From contig CAJQNH010000045.1 of the NCBI GenBank assembly GCA_905479615.1, positions 1-48,802 on the forward strand: a DNA stretch of 48,802 bases. Reading direction: 5' to 3'. Below are positions 48,802-48,802 of this stretch, piece by piece; positions within the stretch are counted from its first letter, which is position 1; each line of letters opens with the position of its first letter. A program made the translations under genes and the position numbers. The notes beneath the pieces are model-generated. The model saw nothing but the letters and a program-made list of their open reading frames with translations, made no database searches and was not told the origin of the DNA. Source of the stretch: an uncultured Eudoraea sp. (GTDB taxonomy: Bacteria; Bacteroidota; Bacteroidia; Flavobacteriales; Flavobacteriaceae).

Positions 48802-48802
48802 A

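Overview
An AT-rich, gene-dense chromosomal segment from a Bacteroidota, most likely a marine Flavobacteriaceae. This is inferred from TAnnTTTG promoters, Gln-initiated mature secreted proteins, fused E1alpha/beta and a long-form IlvC. Most of it is core genome: ilvD(partial)-ilvB-ilvN-ilvC-gapN converging on leuC-leuD-cimA-leuB, then recG, M1 peptidase/patatin, M20 amidohydrolase/DsrE, pcrA, GH16, YciO-like, two MotB/OmpA-like paralogs, GT2, a stand-alone HsdR_N nuclease, holA, DoxX, 2-oxoacid dehydrogenase E1, a peptidase-like/beta-barrel fusion, LOG, uvrA, ggt, acpH, glmM, an LpxL-like acyltransferase, rhomboid, an orphan lipoprotein and a partial TlpA. I saw no tRNA, rRNA, CRISPR array, transposase, integrase or prophage. 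The most interesting locus is 38.6-40.6 kb. An HTH-S24 (LexA-like) repressor with intact autocleavage residues faces a divergent promoter region carrying four perfect and one near-perfect GGA-N5-TCC boxes. The opposite operon encodes a 59-aa basic mini-protein ending in the beta-clamp motif QLSLF, where a roughly 420-aa radical SAM gene normally sits, followed by a motif-eroded TIGR03915 protein. Other notable items are a probable M1 pseudo-peptidase fused to a beta-barrel, gapN inside the ilv operon, a citramalate route to Ile, a perfectly palindromic bidirectional promoter, and phased repeats upstream of the DUF2911-TPR gene. All family calls come from motif recognition by eye; no searches were run.
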